IMG/VR virus record: IMGVR_UViG_3300017971_000186
Strand: one strand, 5' to 3'
Origin: a virus
Lineage: Duplodnaviria; Heunggongvirae; Uroviricota; Caudoviricetes
Length of the DNA stretch: 64,000 nucleotides
In this document: positions 58,326 through 64,000 of the stretch, one piece after another
Layout: every line of letters starts with the position of its first letter
Numbering within the stretch: position 1 is the stretch's first letter
Translations under genes and position numbers: made by a program
The notes under the pieces: generated by a model
The model's input: only the letters and a program-made list of their open reading frames with translations
Database searches by the model: none
Told to the model about the DNA's origin: nothing

Positions 58326-61300
58326 GAGTATTTAACTCCTTTTTACAAAAGAAATTTAGACAGAAATGCCATGCTCTTTTTTATAATCATCTATTTCTTC
58401 TTGTGTTTTGTTCTTTTCTACTTGTATTCTGTTGCTCTCAGCATAAGTATCATGGCGAATGGCTGAGATAGTCCAGGAAAAAGTACAGTCTCCATCCAAT
58501 GAAGAGACTTCAAATTGATTGTTCTCTATTTCTTTACTAATAAATAATCTGCTGTATTTACCAATAGTAGTTAAACTATAATTATACTCTTCCTTATTAG
58601 ACCCATTTAATGTAACCCACCAATCCGGAAGACCTATAGATGCTGTCCCATCATGAGTCACAGCCCGTCCATAATAGACATTCCTCATCTCAGGGCTTTC
58701 AACAAAACTATGAACTAAATTCTTTGTCTCAGGTTCAATTGGATGATCAATTTTAAAACCACCCGCAGTTTTAGAAAGAGTACCCGCAATATGTACATTC
58801 CCAGTAAAATAACCGGCAAATCCTGATGCTGAAACACAGTAGCCATTAATAGCTCTTCCAGTTCCAGAGACACCCGGCATAAAGCTGTTAATACCAAAAC
58901 TAGCACCCGCTGCATTGGAGTTAACAGTAAGACCTGTACCACTACCTGAATGATTGCAAACTAAACAATTATTATTCAGTGATGTTGTATTACTACTTAT
59001 TTCAACTATAGTACCATTAAAACTGGTATTAGAAGTTTCGAATAAAGCAGCTCTACCTGTAGTTCCTGAATTAGTCCCATGATAAACTGTTCCTGCACTT
59101 TGGTATGCTTCAATACCATAGCCACTACCACCGTTTACTTCTATAGCATTACCAGAACCGGTATAATTAACTAAGATCCCTTTTGAAGCTCCTGTACCTG
59201 AAGTCACTTCTACCTCAACAGCATTGTATGCATAAGATCCAGCATTACACCTAAAACGTCCTGCTCTACCAGAGGTTCCTGCTTGAGACCCATAAATAGC
59301 AGTACCATTAGTGTTTGACCCTTGAATAGTAGTTCCAGTTCCTGCGGTTGCCTGAATAGCTTTTCCACCTCCCCAATTTTGAGCAAAAACTGCTGCTGAA
59401 GTGGCACTCGATCCAGCATTTGTACATATTGCATGTACAGCATAATCACCACCTCCAGTACCACTCACTTCTGACCTAAGAGTTGTATAGCCCGTACTTT
59501 GGAAAAATCCTGCAAAAGAATTTAATCCTAATCCAGTAGCGAAAAGCCCTTTACCAGTATTTAATTGTTGCACAAACATAGATGTTGAATCTGAACCACT
59601 ATTTTCAAACCAGCCAGCTACCGTTGATGCTCCTGCTATTGCACAATAAGCTCCTACATAATTCGTATTATTAATCGAAAGAGCAAAAGCAGAATTAGCT
59701 CCTTCTATAGTTACACTACCTGAAACCCATAAATTTTTCGAAGAGGCACCTGTGCCTACCTCAACGCGCCCATTTGAGACAGCACTTCCAGGAAGCAGCA
59801 AAATGTCTCCTCCTGTAGATCCACCACCTGAAGCCGTTCCTCCAGTAATAGTTACTGCACCACCTGTACCAGCTCCTCCCGAATCACCTGCATTCAGATT
59901 GAGTGCTCCACCAACTCCTGATCCGGTGTTATTTCCAGAGGTCACATTAATCGCACTTGGCGTACCACTGTTATTAGTAGTAATTGAGACAGCGCCTGAA
60001 CCTCCTGACATAGTTGCACCACTGGTTGAAACAATATTTACGGTAGAAGCAGATCCAATCTGTCCTCCACCAGACATATGTTGACCGAAAGTTAACCAGC
60101 CTGGTCCGATATTTGTTGCACCAATTGCACTTACAGTAAAACTGCCACTACCTACATCCAAAGTATTTGTATCTACTTGACCTGAACAATAAGCGTTTCC
60201 TTGAACATGTAATACATAACCTCCTGCAATAGAACTGGTTGAAATTCCTACTTTACCCGTTTGGGCAAATATATCACCCCCTGCTGCTATAACGCCAAAA
60301 CCTACACTTACAATTCCATTTGGAGCGACAAAACTACCATTTGAAGCAGTGATATTTCCAGCCGTAGCGGTTACACCACCTGTAGTCGCTATTAAACCGG
60401 TGCCTCCTGTTACCGTACCATTTGTAGCAGAAATATTTCCATTAGAAGCAACAATATTACCATTCGTGGCTGTTATATTAGTATTAGCAGTTACAGAACC
60501 AGCCGAAGCAGAGATATTACCAGCTAAAGCGGTCACACCCCCTGTGGTAGCTATTAAACCGGTGCCTCCTGTTACTGTACCATTCGTAGCAGAAATATTT
60601 CCATTAGAAGCAACTATATTTCCATTCGTAGCGGTCACACCCCCTGTGGTAGCTATTAAACCGGTGCCTCCTGTTACTGTACCATTCGTAGCAGAAATAT
60701 TTCCATTAGAAGCAACTATATTTCCATTCGTAGCAGTTACATTTGTATTAGCAGTTACAGAACCCGCAGAAGCGATGAGATCACCCAAGGTCGCTGTTAT
60801 ATTTCCAGCAGAGGCTATAACACCACCTGTAGTAGCTATTAAACCAGATCCACCTGTCACAGTTCCAGCAGTGGCTACAATATTACCTGTATTGGAATAA
60901 ATGTCTCCACCAACATGAAGAGGATAAGACGGACTTGTAACACCAATTCCCACTCTTCCTTGGAAAGTCGAATTTCCAGTAGTTATCGTTAAATAAGCTC
61001 CTCTTATTAAACCGGAAGGATAAGAACCAGTTGTTATGATATCACCTGTATTTTCTATAGTTCCAACCACATCCAGGGCCTGGGTAGGAGTACCAGAACC
61101 TATCCCGACATTTCCACCGGTTGCAAAAGTAACATTTGTTCCACCTGAACTAAAATTAAGGTCAGTCAAATAATCTACAGTAGAAGCCATCCAAAGAGTA
61201 CCAATTCTATGAGTGGTGTCTCCGATATTATACCCATTGGCAGTAATTATATCACCTTGAACATGAAGAGGAGCAGCCGGAGTTAAAGTACCAATACCTA

Positions 61301-61328
61301 CATTACCAGAATCTACGGTTAAAGCATG
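57535..61328. repeat. 74-bp identical direct repeat at 57535..57608 and 61255..61328, inside about 500 bp of high similarity between the two fibre genes
   Basis: Base-by-base comparison at an offset of 3720. Confidence 0.9.
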
Positions 61329-62042
61329 GCCTGTGCCAGCATTTTCAATTCTCATTACAGTGGCTGTAGCACCACCTGTATCTTGACTTACTATCAATGC
61401 TGCCTGATTGTCAGTTTGATTTATTTCTAATTGATCTGCAATGACAATTTCAGTATTAATAACTGTAACAGTACCATTAATTTGAAAATTACTATCAAAA
61501 GTTGCATCACCTGAGACAGTTAAAGTTCCTGTATTAGCAATCTGAAGTCTATTTACATTACCCGCATCAACATCAATTATCCTAAAAGCTCCATCTGTAT
61601 CTGAGACAAGACGATAAGCTCGACCATTGAGTCCATCATCTAAATCAAGTCTTAACGCAGCATCTGTTAAAGGGGAACTTACATGAAGGTGATCTTGGAT
61701 AGATGCGGTATTGATACCAACTCGACCTATCGAACCTGATTCACCATAGGTGAATATGCCCCCATCTGTAGCATCAGTAAAATTCAGTAAACCATTAGCT
61801 CCTGAATATATCTTATAAAGTTTACCATTTGTACCATCACTAAGATCCAGCATCATTCCAGAAGAAGAATCAGTTCGTTGAATATGAAGAGCATCCAAAG
61901 GGCTAGATAAACCTATTCCTACTCTCCCAATGGCATTGGTTTCATCAACTCTTAAACCTGTAATGGTATAAATATCAGTGGGATCTACTTTTTCATTGGA
62001 AATTGCTTGGTCCTGGATCCATTTTCTTTCTACTTGAGCCAT
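58356..62042 (-). CDS. Tail fibre protein (paralog 1) with heptad beta-repeat shaft and FKIDHP-type C-terminal domain
   Basis: 1228 aa; GNVGIG motifs; A(T/S).G(N/T)(I/V) repeats; C-terminal FKIDHP..P..K.LVHSFVESP. Confidence 0.85.
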   Translation of the reverse strand: MAQVERKWIQDQAISNEKVDPTDIYTITGLRVDETNAIGRVGIGLSSPLDALHIQRTDSSSGMMLDLSDGTNGKLYKIYSGANGLLNFTDATDGGIFTYGESGSIGRVGINTASIQDHLHVSSPLTDAALRLDLDDGLNGRAYRLVSDTDGAFRIIDVDAGNVNRLQIANTGTLTVSGDATFDSNFQINGTVTVINTEIVIADQLEINQTDNQAALIVSQDTGGATATVMRIENAGTGHALTVDSGNVGIGTLTPAAPLHVQGDIITANGYNIGDTTHRIGTLWMASTVDYLTDLNFSSGGTNVTFATGGNVGIGSGTPTQALDVVGTIENTGDIITTGSYPSGLIRGAYLTITTGNSTFQGRVGIGVTSPSYPLHVGGDIYSNTGNIVATAGTVTGGSGLIATTGGVIASAGNITATLGDLIASAGSVTANTNVTATNGNIVASNGNISATNGTVTGGTGLIATTGGVTATNGNIVASNGNISATNGTVTGGTGLIATTGGVTALAGNISASAGSVTANTNITATNGNIVASNGNISATNGTVTGGTGLIATTGGVTATAGNITASNGSFVAPNGIVSVGFGVIAAGGDIFAQTGKVGISTSSIAGGYVLHVQGNAYCSGQVDTNTLDVGSGSFTVSAIGATNIGPGWLTFGQHMSGGGQIGSASTVNIVSTSGATMSGGSGAVSITTNNSGTPSAINVTSGNNTGSGVGGALNLNAGDSGGAGTGGAVTITGGTASGGGSTGGDILLLPGSAVSNGRVEVGTGASSKNLWVSGSVTIEGANSAFALSINNTNYVGAYCAIAGASTVAGWFENSGSDSTSMFVQQLNTGKGLFATGLGLNSFAGFFQSTGYTTLRSEVSGTGGGDYAVHAICTNAGSSATSAAVFAQNWGGGKAIQATAGTGTTIQGSNTNGTAIYGSQAGTSGRAGRFRCNAGSYAYNAVEVEVTSGTGASKGILVNYTGSGNAIEVNGGSGYGIEAYQSAGTVYHGTNSGTTGRAALFETSNTSFNGTIVEISSNTTSLNNNCLVCNHSGSGTGLTVNSNAAGASFGINSFMPGVSGTGRAINGYCVSASGFAGYFTGNVHIAGTLSKTAGGFKIDHPIEPETKNLVHSFVESPEMRNVYYGRAVTHDGTASIGLPDWWVTLNGSNKEEYNYSLTTIGKYSRLFISKEIENNQFEVSSLDGDCTFSWTISAIRHDTYAESNRIQVEKNKTQEEIDDYKKEHGISV
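60369..60734 (-). repeat. 102-bp (34-aa) repeat: two identical tandem copies (60531..60734) and one diverged copy (60369..60470)
   Basis: ATNGNIVASNGNISATNGTVTGGTGLIATTGGVT three times. Confidence 0.95.
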
Positions 62043-62079
62043 TTGCTCTAACTCCTTTAAAATCGATTAGTTATAGGTG

Positions 62080-62325
62080 TTAGGATCTATCGTAGATAGC
62101 TCTCATTTTGTCACCAGTAGCAAGCAGTCCATTTAAATTATAGGATGTACTATCCCATACAATTCTTGTTCCATCAACGGCAAAATCATTCGTTAATGCT
62201 TGGGCTGTACCTCCCACAAGATCTATTGCAACATTATCAGCAACCACTGGAACACCCCCTAATGAGACATACTCATTTGTTGCATCGCTCGGTGACAATT
62301 CAAAATATTCAACTTCAAAAGCCAT
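62080..62325 (-). CDS. Small stand-alone beta domain homologous to three modules in the 2441-aa protein
   Basis: 81 aa; VEY..L...DATNEYV.L...VA..LVGG.AQ....DF.VDG..IVWD.....G.L..GD.MRAIY. Confidence 0.8.
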   Translation of the reverse strand: MAFEVEYFELSPSDATNEYVSLGGVPVVADNVAIDLVGGTAQALTNDFAVDGTRIVWDSTSYNLNGLLATGDKMRAIYDRS

Positions 62326-62406
62326 TTTTTGCTCCTTATCAGATAGTCTTTAAAACAGAGCTAAATATCAATTGATTATTACATTGAATAGAGTATTAGA
62401 AGTTTA

Positions 62407-63132
62407 TTACGATTGAAAGAACATTTTGTAGACAGGAACATCTTTTAATTGTAAGTAATTGATATAATCTATTATTTCATTTTTATGGGAAATAAAGAAA
62501 AAAGTTAATTGTTCGAAGGTCTTTTTGTCTAAAGGGTTTTTAACATCAAAAGCAGTTTTATAAATTTTATAAATAAATAATACGATTCTAGTTTTTACTT
62601 TAAATCTTATATTCCATATCCATCTTAATTGTCTTTCTGATATACCACAATCAGAAGCCCAGTCAGTTACTCCACTAGGATTTCTTTCAATTAATTTTTC
62701 AGTGGAAACAGATAAAATATCTTCGAAACCTCTTCTATAGAATGGATTAATAACATTCCTAAGAGAAAAATGATTAATTATTTTTATCAAAGAGAAGTTA
62801 ATACTACCTTTGTCAATTAGAGTCTTAACTCCTAATTTCACATAATTAAAAATCTCATGATAATTTATATCATCAATTACAAATATTATAAACGAAGTAT
62901 ATAAATATTTATTTATAATAGCAAATTCTTTAAATTCAGAACCCAGAAGACAGAGATGAACTCTTTCTTTGTCAAGAACTTCCTGTGCTCCTTTAACCGA
63001 ATTAACTATTGTGATATTATAAATATAAGTAGGCTGAATAAACCTTATAATCTTTTTAACAACTGTAGGATCTTTTAAAACAATCAGAATCGAAAGAGTA
63101 TCTTTTAAACACCCGAAAATTTGTTGTTGCAA
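62407..63132 (-). CDS. Pseudo-receiver domain plus AraC-like HTH regulator (start uncertain)
   Basis: Receiver-like alternating beta/alpha N-terminus with no acidic residue at the phospho-acceptor position (CLLGSE); WASDCGISERQLRW HTH. Confidence 0.55.
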   Translation of the reverse strand: MQQQIFGCLKDTLSILIVLKDPTVVKKIIRFIQPTYIYNITIVNSVKGAQEVLDKERVHLCLLGSEFKEFAIINKYLYTSFIIFVIDDINYHEIFNYVKLGVKTLIDKGSINFSLIKIINHFSLRNVINPFYRRGFEDILSVSTEKLIERNPSGVTDWASDCGISERQLRWIWNIRFKVKTRIVLFIYKIYKTAFDVKNPLDKKTFEQLTFFFISHKNEIIDYINYLQLKDVPVYKMFFQS

Positions 63133-63172
63133 GATTTAGCCCATTTCTACAAAACTGTATCAAAAAAATAGA

Positions 63173-64000
63173 TCATTTATCGATATTTATATAATGATGT
63201 TCTTTTTTACCATTCTTTGTTTCAGCTATTCCCACAAACCCATAACTAGGTTTTAATAAATTAACACCATCAATGATCTCATGAGTCCATCCAAAACAAG
63301 ATCCAGTTATAGAAAGTCTATCGATAGCTTCAATATTTAAGAATTCATCAACTTTTCGAGAAGCGATTTCATTATACTCTTGTTTAGCTAATATTAAAGC
63401 GTCCTTAATTAAAATGCCATTCTTTATATTTTCACATTTTTTAAATTTAGGCCATTTAATCTCGACTTCAATCAAATCACCAAGTCCATCCAGAGTTAAC
63501 ATTATATAGGAAATATTCTGTAAGACAATACCATCATTAAAAATACGCCTATATCGAATAGAGTATTTACTTATTTGGTTTAAATTCGTATGACCCCTTG
63601 TATACTCTATTTCCGTACATTGAAATTCTATTTTATTCTTAAAAATGGCAAAGAGCTTTTCACCTAAAGTCAATCCTATATTTTTTAATTCTGCCTCTGT
63701 TCTAGTATTAATCAAATCCCTGACAATCTGTGCGGATACTTCACGGCCACCATTAGGATGATTAAATACCAAAAGGTTTGACTGATCCATATACTGATAT
63801 TCAGTCAATCCTTCATATGCAAAAAGATCTCTAAATTTATCAGCACATTTCGACATCTTTGAATAATCTATTATATAATTAACCTTTTTCTTAGTTTTCC
63901 ATAAACTTTCATCTTCATCATCGACAAATTCTATTGGTAAATCAACATGGTCTGGAATAACTTCATATTTCAACAATCTAGATCTGAAAGTCTTTGGATT
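63173..64000 (-). CDS. Hypothetical protein, 5'-partial
   Basis: Frame stays open from the track start (63976) to the window edge (NPKTFRSRLLKYE...). Confidence 0.7.
   Translation of the reverse strand, partial: NPKTFRSRLLKYEVIPDHVDLPIEFVDDEDESLWKTKKKVNYIIDYSKMSKCADKFRDLFAYEGLTEYQYMDQSNLLVFNHPNGGREVSAQIVRDLINTRTEAELKNIGLTLGEKLFAIFKNKIEFQCTEIEYTRGHTNLNQISKYSIRYRRIFNDGIVLQNISYIMLTLDGLGDLIEVEIKWPKFKKCENIKNGILIKDALILAKQEYNEIASRKVDEFLNIEAIDRLSITGSCFGWTHEIIDGVNLLKPSYGFVGIAETKNGKKEHHYINIDK

Larger units (their letters stand above)
1..64000 (-). mobile_element. Large contractile-tailed phage (or prophage) virion morphogenesis module, no ends visible
   Basis: Co-oriented, tightly packed genes in sheath-tube-chaperones-TMP-initiators-hub-spike-wedge-J order, plus fibres, a neck-like protein and thyX; strong AGGAG RBSs. 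Confidence 0.9.

Noticed and set aside
59752-60900. Plus-strand ORFs of 110 and 183 aa with repeats
   Set aside because: Antisense shadows of Gly/Thr-rich fibre repeats; no RBS or independent signal
57350-61570. Possible diversity-generating retroelement TR/VR pair
   Set aside because: Mismatches are mostly synonymous third positions rather than adenine-specific, lie in N-terminal regions, and no reverse transcriptase is present
1-64000. Extracellular contractile injection system or tailocin instead of a phage
   Set aside because: No Afp15-like AAA ATPase seen; neck-like protein, thyX, putative head proteins and sheer size favour a phage, although capsid genes are outside the window
1-64000. 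CRISPR arrays, tRNAs, introns/inteins, alternative genetic code, lysis genes
   Set aside because: None recognised by eye; long ORFs are intact under the standard code and tile the window; a tRNA or Rfam scan was not possible

Overview
This 64-kb AT-rich window is almost entirely coded on the minus strand. It is the virion morphogenesis region of a large contractile-tailed (myovirus-type, probably jumbo) bacteriophage or prophage. In transcription order (right to left) it carries: an AT-rich unknown gene and a pseudo-receiver/AraC-like regulator; a fibre/adhesin block (two paralogous tail fibres, a 1305-aa Gly-rich protein, three DUF2341-LamG lectin-like proteins up to 2441 aa); a probable neck protein; an accessory pair (tandem-domain ThyX and a GT-A glycosyltransferase); and a small Zn-ribbon protein plus a candidate sRNA. 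Next come an actin-family ATPase resembling archaeal volactin with an upstream partner, a tail terminator, an FmdB Zn-ribbon protein, sheath, an acidic repeat protein, tube, two chaperones, tape measure, two tube initiators, hub and spike. The last block is several unusual baseplate-region proteins, a gp25-like wedge, baseplate J and a partial DUF4815-like gene that the ORF track missed. No capsid, terminase, replication, lysis, tRNA or CRISPR features were seen. The most notable signals are: (1) the actin plus partner module translationally coupled to the tail terminator; (2) strong Asp-Ser-Thr enrichment in outer virion proteins near a phage glycosyltransferase; (3) a repeated DUF2341-LamG cassette that appears to have split a Gly-rich domain in two; (4) a promoter-bounded candidate sRNA; (5) a three-repeat protein right after the spike. 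All functional calls come from motif recognition and synteny. No database search was run and counts were made by eye.
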